NCBI RefSeq assembly: GCF_000150275.1
Contig: NW_002060945.1
Location: 7,330,939-7,394,938 of the forward strand
Length of the DNA stretch: 64,000 nt
Direction of reading: 5' to 3'
From: Trichoplax adhaerens
Lineage: Eukaryota; Animalia; Placozoa
Below are positions 1-15,300 of this stretch, in pieces (positions within the stretch are counted from its first letter, which is position 1; every line of letters starts with the position of its first letter). Made by a program: the position numbers and the translations under genes. The notes below the pieces were generated by a model that saw only the letters and a program-made list of their open reading frames with translations, searched no databases and had not been told where the DNA came from.

Positions 1-398
1 GTTCCCGTGTACGATACGGTAACGTAAGCTAAGGGTAAAGTACTGCAGCAAAGGAGTTGAGCAAGGCCTCAAATGAATCGATCTTCTTCTTGGCAAAGCA
101 AGGTAGTTGGAGGCTGTGGCGAGTTGATGATGGAGCGATTTCAAGCTTGATTTGAACTCGGAGTACGTTTGAGAAGCATTCAAAATAGTTTCTGAATAAA
201 AAGGGCAACGGAAGAGACCTACTGTAATCCATCCATACTGTATTGGCTGAAGATTAGAGGTGCAAGCGATCGATCAACCACCTCCATTACACGATCGACA
301 ACCGGCTGGACGACATCTATCGAAAGACACGAGTAGCAACGATAATTTCATTTCCTACTACAATTCTTGGGTATAGCTGTGAATGAACAACTGCAAAG

Positions 399-3300
399 AT
401 GGTCAAGAAACGAATGAAAAGTCTTAAGGATTCGATGGAGACGAGATTTAAAGTAAGTAGCAATGGTTGATTGTACAAGCAATTCATTCTCCCTCTACAG
501 GATTATTTGTACATTCTTTGCTGAAACATCATCTCTATTTTTATCCATAATCATGCTCGTACCCGTTATCAAATCATTGCCTGTATTTCAGGATAGGTAT
601 CAAGATATTCATTGCTCAAGGCTAATGCTAGTCATTGTTTAGTAGAAAAGCTACTATACATATGAAATGATCCAATTTGAATTTGACTATATTGTATTGG
701 CATTCCATGATGTAGATCAATACAAAAGTCAATGGATGATCCATGTTAGCTTATGCCACAACAGTCAGCCAGTGATTACTGTATCTTTTGACAAAGAATT
801 CAAGGTAGCATTGGTGTAGGATAAAGGATAAGCTAGAAAATAGAATTGGACAGCTTAACTCTTTATGATATAAAATAATCAATATATACGAGCCTACCTA
901 TAATGTAGATACATTTGACGTAGTAGCTGCAATAGCCTGCGCTACAGGCATTACATCCGTACGCCATTAGATAGACTGACGTAGAGTAATAGTGTATATA
1001 TATATAACATTAGCTATCTACATTACAGTATTCATGACTGATATGAAATAATCAATATATACGAACCTACCTATAATGTAGATAGATTTGAAGTAGTAGC
1101 TGCAATAGCCTGCGCTACAGGCATTACATCCGTACGCCATTACATAGACTGACGTAGAGTAATAGTGTATATATAACATTACCTATCTACATTAGAGTAT
1201 TCATGACTGATATAAAATAATCAATATATACGAGCCTACCTATAATGTAGATAGATTTGAAGTAGTAGCTGCAATAGCCTGCGCTACAGGCATTACATCC
1301 GTACGCCATTTGATAGACTGACGTAGAGTAATAGTGTATATTACATTAGCCATCAACATTTAGAGTATTCATGACCTACTCTGCAATTCATTTCAACTAC
1401 TGGCATATACAGTAGTACTATAATCCATGATGGACTGCTCTTAGCTAATATACAGTATAATTGTAGTCCTACTACAGTATAGCTTACCTACGATACCAGA
1501 AGAAAGATACATCCACTTATTACAAACATGTACTGAGAGAGATACTGCAAACGTATACTCGTGTTGTATCAGCTACTAAAATTATAATATTCCTTCACTC
1601 ATAGTTGCAATCCTACCTACAACTTACTTACAGTACAGGTATTGACAAAATAATACAACTACATATACTTATGTAGAAACATATTGAATATGGTATCAAC
1701 CATTAAAATTATAATATTCATTCATGGCCAATTCACTACAATGTATTTGAAGTAGATGCATTTAGTAATCCATGATACAAATTGCGGTCGTACCGTAGCT
1801 CGCTTATAGCAGGCATTGAGGAAAGATACAACTACACATTTGTAACGGTACAACTAATATGATGCATTATTTTCAAGAATTGGAATTCTATTACTCTATT
1901 TCTAACTTCTTCATTTTACAGTTTAAAGGTTTTCATGAACGTATTGCAAGCATTCGAATTGATGTCATTCATCGAGCTCAAAAAAGGAAATCAAACCCTG
2001 AGGTTGAGATAATAACATAGCAAACGTGATTATTATAGAAAGTACTCAATTATTCTTATTCAAACTCTGCAGCTTCTTTACCCTTCTTGTAATACAGCAA
2101 TGTTGTTCTACTTGTGTGATCAAATGTACTCCTACTATAATGTTCATTCATTATGTCATTTGCAAGAAATAGAAACAAATGCTCAAGTTCGTCTACATGA
2201 ATATAGCATATATTCTTATCCAGAAAAGATTCGATATCGTTTAATCGTAGATAATTTTCTTATATGATGATTTTTGAATAAATTAGAGAGATAACTTGAA
2301 CACTTTTAGCTAACATGTGGACTAGCAGTACAGTATAGCAGTGCAGCAATTTTTTGGGGAGCAAATGACGTACTATTGTATAAAGTATATGTACATTCTT
2401 GTCTAGGGACATCCTAGCAACGAATTTATGAGAAATTTTATGTTACAATATATTTCTAGTCTAATGCAATCCTCAAACTAGTATTGTGATTTGCAGGCTA
2501 GTATTCCTTTGGATATGAATAGAGGCTATTACAGTATATAGTTGATAAGCAGTTGTGTCTTAATACTCTAGCTTAATTTAGCTTGTACTTACCTACGGTA
2601 CGTTTTATAATCAGTCTAAGAATACACCACAATACAAGCGTTATTTGCAATCCAATGTCTGAAATTGTATGCAGTCTATAACCTGAATAATTCTAATTGA
2701 AAATTAAAAATTGATATTGCATTCAAACTATTTTAATTAGATTTATAGTTTTTATATGTAGAGATAGTACTGTGCTGATTTATACATGTTGGTCCTTGAG
2801 ATTTATATTGATCCAGATAAATTTTTTATATAAGGATGCCGAGACGTTCTTTATGGAAGCATTATTTAAATGGACTGACTTGAATTGTAGCACAGAATTT
2901 GGTTAGTACGTTTGAGTACTATAGTTTTAAAATTAGGATCATTTAAAAATAACATACGTATAATTTTGTTATACTTCAATATTTCATCAGTACAATTCAG
3001 GCGTGAGGTTTATCACTATTGTCAAACTTTGCCTCAACTGGTCCATCATAAGGTGAGAAAGTTTGTATCGCTTAACAAATTAAAGGGCACTCTATGCCAT
3101 GTATTTAGTTATCATGTTCCTGTATTGTTGCTAGTATTGTAAATACTTATGTGTATATACAATAACAACTTACTTTTACATCATCGATTGTATATCTTAT
3201 TCTTATCAGCCCTGATTAACTTATTGCTGTGTAACGCGTTGCGTGATTAGGGTATTACCATCTTTTTAACGGGCGTTATTTTCTGTTATTATATTCATGA

Positions 3301-6300
3301 ATGAAATTGACTATTAGAATGAAATTTTTCAATTACTGAAGACATATCTGGAGAAAAAATCAATTCTAACTATATCAACGTTATTAGAGTAAGGGAGTAC
3401 TTGACAATTAATTTTCAAGTATTTCTATAAATTTTTAACTTGTAATTTAAAATTTTACTGTATAGCATGTTTGTAAACTAATTAATATAAAAATTTATAA
3501 TTCTGTGTCTAACCAGTTTGGTCGTTAATTTTGCTCGTGACCTCCAAAGCGATTTTTACCCTTATTTTGGAGAATTCTATGCGGTACTGATAGTTTTATT
3601 AAATGTGGGTGATCCAGATGTTATCGAAGTAAGAAAAACTTTCAAACTATACACATGTTGTCATTTTTTTATAACTTTATGAAGTGTGAAGTAAATTAGG
3701 ATTATTAATCTACTGATTGTGATTAGGATGTGTTTAAAACACTGGCGTATTTATTTAAATATCTTTGGAGACACATGATTCCAGATTTACGCAATCTATT
3801 CAAGTTAGTTGTGTTTCATAGATCACCTGAACTACTTATCGAAATCCTTTGTCGTGTCATTGATCAAGAAATAGTGCTATGCTTTATATTGAAGTTTATC
3901 ATTACTTTGTAGAGTTTATCAAGAAATGTTGAAAGATTCACAAAAAATTTATATAAAATCATTCGCAACGGAAAGTTTCTCATTCTTAATGCGTAAGGTA
4001 ATACATTTAAGATGACTACAATTAAGTGTGTTGGGGGTACTCTATTATTAAATTTATTATCTAGTATTCTAAAATGACAAAAATTAAGTCATCTAAATAA
4101 CCTTTTAATTATTCTAAACACTTCTAGGCTCCAGATCAGCATACTCTTGCCAATTATGTATTATCGTATTTGGATAATGCAACTGAGGTTACTTAGATTA
4201 ACATTAAATACTGACTGTAAAGGTCAAAAATAGCATTTGTAAAATTTTATATCTGTACTGACTATAATTATAATCATAGCTGTGCGAAGGCATTGGATTG
4301 TTATATTTTGAAACGATCAAAGGAGTTAGTGGACAATTTCATACTTGTATTAACGAGGTAAATCTATAATTTTATGCTTGTACTTTAATAACTTTAAGAT
4401 ATTTGAATTGGTTGATAGCTATAAATTCTATTATGCTACGTTATACAAGGATTGTTTTACATTTACTGATATTACATAACCCTAGGTATTACCTGTTTTA
4501 TTACAAAAATTGGGACCCATTCAGGAGATCTCTAATATCGAATCCCTTGCATACGACTCTGTACGTAATAATAAATTATAATCGATCTTCTTTGCCTTGC
4601 ATATCATATTGGATTTACGTAGTTGCACATAATGTTTTTTGATTTATGAGTATTAATTTATTAACTTCTATTGGTCAGGTTATGAAGACATTAGTATACA
4701 CCGTTCAGGCTTGCGCAGCGCATAGCCAAAATGCTTATATGCAGCCTGTTTGGAATGCACTTTCGGTATGCGAGAATGTTATTTAACCAGTATACTTCTA
4801 CGCATTTTTCAAATTTTATTCATTATAGCAGAATAATATTGACCTGATATTAACTTATGATTTAAGATCTCGATGTAATTTCTAATTTTTAATCAATATA
4901 GTTTGTACTCTTTTAAAAATTTCTGTAGAGTGAAGTCAAACGTTTACATGAAAAACTGCATAAGTTTACAAAAGAGGAAGAACATCATCAACTAGCGCGT
5001 CTACTACATTTAGTCAAGGAATTGATTCAGTGTGGTCGCAGTCGATGTATTGTTGACTTTCGATCATTTTTCGAGGTATTACTAGCTCCATCTAAGTATT
5101 TTGCTAATTTGAAGAAAACTTATATTCCTTACCTTGGGGTGTTTTTTTGAAAAGGATCTTAAGAAATTGTTATTTGATCCCTCGCTACAACTTGAACATG
5201 TTAACGCCATCATTGAGATCTTTGCTTGCAGTCTTGTATCCCTAGACCGTATAATTGATAAAGTTCTACAAGAACATATTGCAGATGCGGTACGTCTATT
5301 AACGCGACAATTTTATCTACAATTTCTAAAGGTGTTCGTTCGCAGAACTAATATTATTTTCTACTTTATTGCATGTTTTTGTAGGTTTTTTCTTGTAATT
5401 GTGCTGTTTCTGTGGTTAGCAACTTTTGCCATCAATGCCAAGATGCCCCTTTATATGCTGAAGTAAGTCGATTTATTTGATATATAATATTAACTGGCAT
5501 TAATAGAGTGCTACAATTAGTTATGTTTAAACACTATTTATAGGTAGTCTTTCAAAAATTATCACAATACTGTGGGAACAAAACCTTAAGAAATAGCAAC
5601 ATCCAGATTCGGGATGAGCTATTGGAAGTATTAGCGAACGTATTAACGAACGCTGAGCGTAGTAGAACTTACAGAATAAACTTTGATAGTTGTGTGCCGC
5701 CAGAAATTTTAAAAGGAATGAGCTTAGAAGTAGTGCCTGAAGAAATTGTTAATGCTCTTTTTTTAAGTAATCTTAATCCTCCAATTAAACAAGAAAGAGT
5801 AGCAGCTGCTTGGTCATCTTTGCTTTGTCTACGCCATACAAAGTCCGTAATGCGTAATATTGATAACAGATACCAAAAATTCTTGCATCATTAAATCCCT
5901 TAGAGTGTGTAATTTCTTGATAGCAATTAGGACAATTATTGATTCTTTTTAATATCATAGGTTAAGCCGTTTAAATGACAGTGTGGAATGTGTAACTTCT
6001 GTCATGCTGTGGACCATAAATAAGATATTAGCTACAGAAGAGAATAGCTGGACAAACAATTTGCTACATACATTCAGTCAAGCAGTCCTTTATCTTGTTG
6101 GATCTTTAGCTATTAAAGATACGATAGCTGTATTACCATTACAGACATTGATAAAGATGCCGAAATATTGTTTTCATCACGAAGGGTTTCTTTATGCTGT
6201 CAATTTCTATATGGAAAAAGTTGGTCAGGAAGATCATATTGATATATTTACTAGTGATAACGTAAAGACGATATTTTCATTACTGGCCTCGAATTTTTCG

Positions 6301-9300
6301 TCTCCTTCGCGACCGGTTAGTTCACTTTTTAATGAGATAGAATCGAATAATTTTAATAATTTTAAAATTAATTATATTGATGCAGTTGAGGCTGTTGTCT
6401 CTGAAAATACTACGTAATATCGTTAAACCGATCGTTTCGTCGGAAGATGCTGATCGCAATGGTTGGTCGGATACGGCGAAGAACATAATAAATAACCTTG
6501 TTATGGCTGAAGAAGCTTCCCCAACATTTCATGGCTATCGTGATAGGCTTATGCATTTAAGGAAATTAGTGTATTCTAGGTAACTGAATAATAAATATGT
6601 ATGATATGATACATAACAGATATCTGGAGTTTGTCACAGCCCTAATTGTTGCTATCTCCAGCAAAGCTAGTTGGATCAATGTAGTTAATACGACATTAGT
6701 ATCTAGTGATAATTTTTACCGCTAAAAATTAGTTCATGGCTTTAGAAAGGTTAATAATTTTTTATATCTATTCAGGGAAGTTTACGAAGGGTTGCCTCGA
6801 ATTTTACATGAAGGAGTTTTGCAATATATAATTGGACAATTCTACGTCAATTTAAATTTAATATGGAATGAAATTATAGCAATTTTAAAAACTTTTGCTG
6901 GAGATATGATAATATTTTGGCCTGTATTCAGGGAACATCTTGATAGATCTGAGATAGTAGGTCAGTCGTACGATATATATCATTAATTTTGCTAAGAATA
7001 ATAAACTTAAATGAACCCTGTCTGTTCTTTTGTAAATTGTCTGACTACTTTCATTACTTATTATTGTAGACAAATCTTCTTCAGAAAGTTACTCGATTGC
7101 TGATGAAGCGATTAACAATGACATAGAAAATTTTACGAGCAACAGTTTGATGAGATGCTTCAATTCTTATGTATTGGCTGGTTATGTACCACGTGAAGAA
7201 GGAGTAAATTCTCGGCCGGATAATCAAAATTTTCGTTATTTGTTATGGAAATCGATGTTAGAATTTAGTGACTCTGCAGAATCAAAATCTCGTGATTTTA
7301 TCTCTCATTTTATTCGATTTGCTAGGTATAGTAAGGGTATCATTTCAGCTTTTACCTGATAATTTTAAATTATTAGAATAGTTCAGGATATATTAACATG
7401 ATTCATATCTGGAATCAAATAAATTTTTTCTTAGGAATGAATTTCTTGTCGATGGCCAGGAGATAGTATCATTTAATGAACTAAATCGACAATTAAACGA
7501 TAATAACGATAATATAGATGATAATGATAATGACATCGCAGGGAATGATGTTGTGACACATGGTTTTAAAAGTTCCGTGCGCATGAGAAGAAATCATTAC
7601 ATTGTCAAGTATATCTTTAGATTAAAAATTTATGTCGTGTTTTAAAATTTGATGTTGATCTTTTTATTGCACTTCTTTCATGCTTAGGCTGCTTTCGGTT
7701 CAACTCTCCTTATTTGCAAAATTTAGAAATCCCAAAGCATTGTATAAGGAAGCCCAACTTCGTGATATTTACAATAATGTGTGTTGTGTACCATTATTGC
7801 TCAATAAATCTTGTCTTATGCTATAGATTAAACAAGTATTGTTAATTTCTCTTGTACTAATTTTTACAATTTTGAATAGCTCTTGCTGCATAATGATCCT
7901 AAAGTACAAATGCTAGTTATCAATGTTTTATTAACGTACAAATATTCCTATTTAATTCAATACAAGTAAGTTGTTTTCTAGCTAGTCACTGTTTTCAATT
8001 TTGGTGTAACAGGCTAGATCGTAATTGCTATTAAATATTAATTGATATCAATTTTTCTAATAGAGAAAACTTTGAAAACCTTTTGAATGATGAATCATTT
8101 CGTGACGAATTAACTAAATTCAGGTAGATAGTACCTATATACTCTTAGCTTTACTATTCTATCTTACCTTATATATACATAATATGATACTTTGCATACC
8201 GGATATTAATACATTCTTATTCCTAACATAAATTAGTATTGATCCATCTTCATCTGTGATTGATAATGCTCATCGTAAGGACTTAATCCCAATCCTAATA
8301 AGGTAACTGTTAATTACCCCCTAAATGTCTAGAGATGTGTTTAATTTCATGATGTTATTAAGAGAAATAACTTTCGTTGTATTTCTTCTTAATAATTAGA
8401 ATACTATATGGGCAGTTGTTTCGCCGATCTTTAGGTGCCGATAACAAAAGTAATATTGCATCTAGAAGAGCCTTTATTTTAAGATTTCTTGCTGGGTGCA
8501 CAAACGATGAATTTCAAATTTTCACTAATTTACTGTTTGAACCTTTCGAGGGTAAGCTTATGTTCTTTTCATTCATATTTATGTAAGTACGTTAGATGTT
8601 GCTGAACATAATATCTTATTAATTGCATGTTGTAAATTGCATTTTTAATGCTAGGTTTAGATAAAATTAAGCCGTTATACAATGAGATGCAGAAAATACC
8701 CATTAAGAAGCGGATAGGGTACAAGTTAATTGCTCAATACTACATAATAATAGAATTACTACACAACTGGATACGAGTTATTCCTTACAACTGTCATTTT
8801 TTCGCTTGATCTCTTTTAAAATTATTAGATTTTTATCGATGTTTTCACTAATTATTTCAAAACTTGGCACAAAAGTTACGGATATCTTACCGTCATTCCT
8901 TGATGTTTTATTGGCTATAACTGATGATTGTATCGTTACTTTATCTGAACGCCAGCAGGTTTTATTAATAAACTTTAAAGTGTATTGTAAATTTACTATT
9001 TTTAGCGTCTTGTATTATCTTTTTATCAGATTGATGGTAAAATCCTTCCTTCCATGAAGAAAATCCGGCAGTTGGCATATAATTCTATTCGATTGGTATT
9101 ATTATCCGTAATATTATCAATTATTATCATTATTGCTTTCATTTTGTACTTAAAATCAATTCTTCTTTGCAGGTTTTTCAAGTATTTGAGGATTTTGACT
9201 TTTCTAATCATATTAAAGATATTTTTAGAGTGGCAGTCTGGCCTCAGGTTGATTATTTAAAATTTTTTACGAAAGTCGACGCTGTAATTAATATGTTTCA

Positions 9301-12300
9301 TAATTTAGTTAAATTTTTTATCAGCTTTCAAGATTGCCTACAGAATGTATCCAACATCCAACGCCTTTGTTAAAACTTTTTTATATCTGGAGTCAGAATA
9401 CAATGTAAATAAATTTTGGTACAATCTTTGTTTAGTGAATACTGTATAGTTTAAGAAACGCTGAAAAAATTTGATTTGCTATTCTTTTGCAGATATGTCC
9501 CCTTTCTTTACCAATGGCACCCTAACAACGAAAATCAGTTCATTTTGTCTGAGATTTTTTCTTGCTTGTCATCTCCGAAGGTCTCTTCAGCAGTTGTGAC
9601 GATGGTTTTAGAAATAGCTAACAATCTTCTGTTGGCGAATGAAGTAAATCCCGATTCTGATAGGTCAGTATTTGATCATGTTATATCGTAGCGTTGGTGA
9701 TGTAACTGCTTAAGATGGCATCTATTCTAATTTACTTAATTCGTGCCAATTCATACCCACTAATTTTGAAATTATAGACGGGAAGTGTTATCGTCCTATA
9801 TTGGAATGTTATTACGCCATTTAAGCGATAGTTTAAGTTCTTACCTTGCTGTAACAAGTAGTCACCCTAGTAAGCTGAATAAAATGTCATCTGTGACAAA
9901 GCTGGAATTTTCTGTATTATCGAAGTAAGTGAGATCATTTAGATGATAGCAATTGACAATCCGATATCTGAATATATAGTATTGTCTTCAATCTTTAATT
10001 ATTAATAGGATTAGCCCGTTAGTATCGTCAAGTGATGAAAGTTGCGACTTAATTAGGCTACTTTTGAAGTTTATTTCCAAGGGCAAGCGATTAGATAAAG
10101 TAAGGAATGATTTAATGCTGCTGATAGGTCAAAATAAATGTTAAGATGCATCATTTTATTTAGAATATGAATTCTTTTCTATATACTATCTTATTATTAT
10201 CCATTAATCGATTTTGATATCCACAGTATACTGAAGCCAACATCCTTCAATCCATTTGCAATCTTATTGGTTATGTAACAGATCGTATGAAATTTTTTAA
10301 GTTAGTAATTGACAGCTTGATAATATTAAATATTGCTAATTATGGATTTTAACTGTTTTGGCTGAGATTGCTACAACGCTATATTAAACTATACAATTAT
10401 CCTAAATCCTATGTATTTAGCGAAATAGCAATTTTATTTACTCGTATTTCCGGCCGTGAGTCAAGGGATCTTTTATGTAATACCTTAAAGGTAGCTAATT
10501 TGGAATATTTCTAGCGGACTAGTTTCGTATGAGTGAAGCTATTGACATTGGATCTCATTTATTGTTTCATTCTCAGGCAATTTGTTGCGATGAAGTTGGA
10601 TTACTGGAGAACATTTATCTCATTTTTCAGGTTATACGCATAATCTGCTAATATCCTAATTTTTCTGCTGTGCTACCTGTATGTTTGGGTACTGTAAATG
10701 CCAGAAGTGTTTTTCGTAATATGGTTGTCACTGTTGCTTTAATTTGTTCACACATAAAGTTGAATTGCTGGGAAATTGAGCAACTAGATCAACCGGATTA
10801 TGAAAAGAGATTAAAAGCTTTTTCGACCGTGAACAAATTGATTAAGGATGGTATCCAGAATCCACACTTTTATCTACCTGTTGTGTGCAATTGTTTATAT
10901 TTTACCCTTCAGGTAATAAATTTCGTGAAGAGAACAATATTATTCAAGTCTGAAATATTATTTGGATAACTACTATGAATACTTTAGTTAGAAATGAAAT
11001 AATCGATCTGATGTATTCAGTATCAAACCTACAGATCTAATTCTTAATTAATTTCAGGCGGATGATACTGCTATGCTGCATTCTAGCGGATATTGTCTAG
11101 ATTTAATTGTTGGGTGCTTAACTGTAGGTACGGTGATTACTGGCAAGTTGTAATCGATGGTTTCCTTAACTTTAGATATATAGTTATCATCTAAAATAAG
11201 CTTTTATTATAGGTAAAGATGACGAAGTTATCGATACATGCATCATGCAGAGCATGCTTTCTACTATCAAACAGGGTATTAAAGTGCAGAATGAAGTCAG
11301 TGCGGCACTTAATCTTAATTTTGTAAATATTTTTTTAGAATTTAATTATAGTCTGACAGTTTGTTTATGAAACTGTTTTGTTAAATATAGGTGAGCAGAA
11401 ACGAATTTATTCGACTTTTGGGAGTAATTGTTAGAAAATTTTCATCAAGTAAAAAGTTAAGTTGTATACATGGGTTACTAAATCAGAATCCAGACCTAGA
11501 TTTTTTTGAAAATGTCCGACATTTACAGGTATCGTGCATAATTTTGTTACTGACTATTATTTACATAGTGATAGTCCAATAAATTGCATCATTCATTTCT
11601 TAAGAATGTCATTTATTTGTGTTAGGTTCACAGGAGAATTAGAGCTTTCAAACAGTTAGCAGCTTATTGCCGGCAATCTCAATTATCAGCTGACTGGGCT
11701 GTATCATTTTTCTTGCCTATGGCTACAAATCATATCTTCGACAAAAAAGGTTCCAAAGATCCGAATTTAATAACAGAAGTTATTAATGTTGTTGGGGCTA
11801 TTGCATATTTAATGCCGTGGCATAGATATGTGTTTCATCTAAGGCATTTTCTAAGGCAGCTAACTAGGCGGATAAATATTCAAAAAATTCTTATTAGGTA
11901 ATCCTTGATACCCGGTATTTGTTGGACGTACTTTTATTCATAGCTTCGGTAACCTAGATTGTAAGGGTAACGTGAACACGTGCACAAGTGTGGAACTGCT
12001 ATGATACAGTAGTGAGAGGCCTTACGCAAAATTCACCTTACACACCGATTATAGTTATTTATAAAATGCAGGCGTTTATCTACTTATATGATTGCCAGAG
12101 CAAAATTTTATCATTTTAGAAACCTGTGATTATTCTTCCATACAACTAGATATAACGACTATATTGTCTATTTAATACACCATAGATAACTCGTAAATGC
12201 TAATCACTATCTTGTTGTACTTATGTATGTTATCGCTATCAATTGGTTTTGGTATTGTCTGTAGTGATTAATTTTACGTTTAGTTATAGCAAAGCCACCT

Positions 12301-15300
12301 ACGCATTTACTACCATCATGGTTGGTACAACTTAATTCTGTATTAAATTATTTGCGTAGGGTTATCGTGGCTGTTCTTGATAATTTTCACATTGACATCT
12401 CAAATGCGGACTGTTTACCTGGTTTGTGGTTATTAATTTGATGCTCTTAAGCTTTGAGATGATATAGACAATTAACCATATGGAAACTATTTTGATATCA
12501 AGTGTTGTATTCATATTTTACAGGTCTTGATATAGCGAAAACAGGAGAACTATTTATTGAGACTGAAGAAAACATAGTTGAAGATGCACAGGATAAATTA
12601 GATGAAGAGTTGACAGAATCAGCTAGTGATACTGTTGACTTACATCTTAAACAGAAAGTATTTTTAGATATTACCTCAAAAATTTTACCCGAGCTTCGAG
12701 ATTGCTTAAAGAGTAAAGTAAGTAGAAGGGATGACTCCTATATTGATCATTGCTTGCGATGTACCAATAATGGTGACTAGTAATTTGCTAATTTGATGGC
12801 GATTAGCTGGACTACTGTTAACTACCTTGTAATTTTTTATTAGTCGATTGGAGCTCACAAGCATAGTTCTATGAAAGATGATTATCAAAACGAGATGTTA
12901 AGGATACCACTAGCTTTAGCTATGGTTAAACTTTTACTTAAATTACCAAAATCTACATTGGAGGTTCATTTACCTGGGTTAGATTTAAACAATATTGTCA
13001 GCGATTCAATAAACTTGATTAGGTCACATTAAATGTTGCTTAATTTATCATATAGAATTATCTTGCGTGTGTGTCAAGCCTTGAAAAGCCACAATCAAGA
13101 AGTGCGCGATATTTGTCGTGATATTCTCACAAAAATTGCGGATGCATTAGGGCCAAATTATTTATCATACGTTGTTAAAGAATTAAGGACAACGTTAGCT
13201 AGAGGTTATCAGGTGAGTAGACATTTCAGGATAAAAACATTGTCTAAGTCAAGTTATATGAGATTCACTAGAATTTAATTGATTTCTCATGCTTTACGTA
13301 CAGTTACATATTTTAGGGTATACTCTTCATTCTGTATTACTTGGAATAACAGAACAGTTAAAGCCTGGCAATCTAGACGTTTGCATCGAAATGATAATGG
13401 AAGTCAGTGTATAATACTAGTCTGGTATACTAATGCTGTTTATTTCGCTATTATTACTGAATTAGTATTTCTGCTGCATGTAATTTAGATCGCCATTGAA
13501 GACACATTTGGCGATAGAGCCAATGAAAAGGAGATTGACAGTATATCTAAGAAATTACGCGAATCTAAAAATAAAAGTTATGGTACATTTGAAATATTGG
13601 CTACTTATGCTAGTAATAATTCAATCGGAAATGTATTGCTCCCATTAAAGAAGGTAAGCAAGTATTTTCTATTAAAAAGAGCTAGTAAATTTCTTTTCAT
13701 TTTATTATCCTCTTTATTTTTTCATAATCTTAATAGATATTACAGGAAGCCCAGAATACTAAAATAGTCAATCGGGTTGAATCCGTACTTCATAGAATTT
13801 GTACGGGATTGCTTAAGAACAGTGACTTCAATTTTGAAAGTTTATTAATTTTAGCCTATCAAGCTATCAATGAGAGCTCAGCTTTATTACAGAGTGACGG
13901 TCAAAAGCTAGACGAGGATCTAGGCCAAATCAGTAACGCGGAAAATAGAAGCATATCATTTTTATTGTTACCGGAACCACGTAGAGGAGGAAATCAACCA
14001 AAAGCAAATTTAAAGACTAATTCTTACGTATTTGTGGAATTTGGCCTAAAAATCTTTCTGATGATTATAAAAAATCGGACCATTAAAAAAGAAGATAAAG
14101 AATGTATTCAAATGTTAGATCCTTACCTTAATCTATTAAATGGGTGTATGAAATCGGATAATATAAAAGTATGATGTTATTGAGATTATTACGTTCACAT
14201 ATATATATATATATAAATATTATCGTTATGATACATCAGTGGCACAATTTTTCATGGGTAACAGATGTTATTTTGATGCTGATAGGTACTTAGTTTAGTT
14301 GTACGCAGTCTCACTTGGCTAATTAAGCAACCTTTGCCGTCGCTTAAGACTGTTCTTCCTGCATTATCGCGTAAACTTTTCAAAGTATTACGTATTTATG
14401 CTCGAGCTGGAGCCGGAAAAGGCAATAATGCGGAACTTGTGCACTCATCATTTAAGGTAATTTTATGCTATTACTGCACTGGATTATATTGTGTATACAT
14501 TCCATCTGTTACTAGTAAGTGATGAAATTGTACGAGTTCTTAATACACTGTCTTCTTATCTTAGGCTGTCTCTATCCTTATTGGTAATTACGGTGATGTA
14601 GTTTTATCCCCTAATCATGTTAAGGTTTGGCACAAATGAACATATTTAAAATGATGAGTGAAATCGATTTTTAGCTTACTTTAGACTGTTTCTTATTGAA
14701 GCTATTGCTTACGTACGTCGAAGAGGATATCCATGACCATTCACGGCAAGCAACTGCCTTATCTGTCATTAAGGTTTTACACTTCATATGATTAATAGAA
14801 AATAATATACAATATATACGTGTATATTTGTATATTGTTATATGTTTGAGCCACATTACTTTACATTTTATGGATCTCAGGCCATCGTCTCACGTGGTAT
14901 AGAAGCTGAAGAAGTGCATGATATCATGATAAAAATACAAGAAATGTCAATTAACGGTAGCCCTGATTTTGTCAGACTTCAATGTCGCCAGGTGATTGTC
15001 AACGTTCATTTTTCGTTAAATCTTCTCATATTCGTAATTTTAAGTAGAGATCTTACTCAAAATGTATTCTTGAATGTTTTCAGCTTTATATGCGCTATGT
15101 ATTAGATTATCCGCTGGGCAAAAAAATCGAAAAAATCATTCAATTCTATTTAAACAATCTAAAGTAGGAGCACTTTTGCACTGTAGTATTATTTCTAATA
15201 AAAAATTTATTGTAGTATTGTTGATGTTTTGACTATTATGAATGTTTTCAGTCATGAGTACGAAACCGGTCGGATCTCTGCGCTCGAAATGATAGCTAGC

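Noticed and set aside
1-240. Open frames on the minus strand at the window start, a possible gene divergent from UTP20
   Set aside because: No recognisable homology and no clear start or splice structure within the window.
11898-12359. Longer UTP20 intron as a possible snoRNA host
   Set aside because: No convincing paired C/D boxes or H/ACA structure by eye. An Infernal/Rfam search would be needed.
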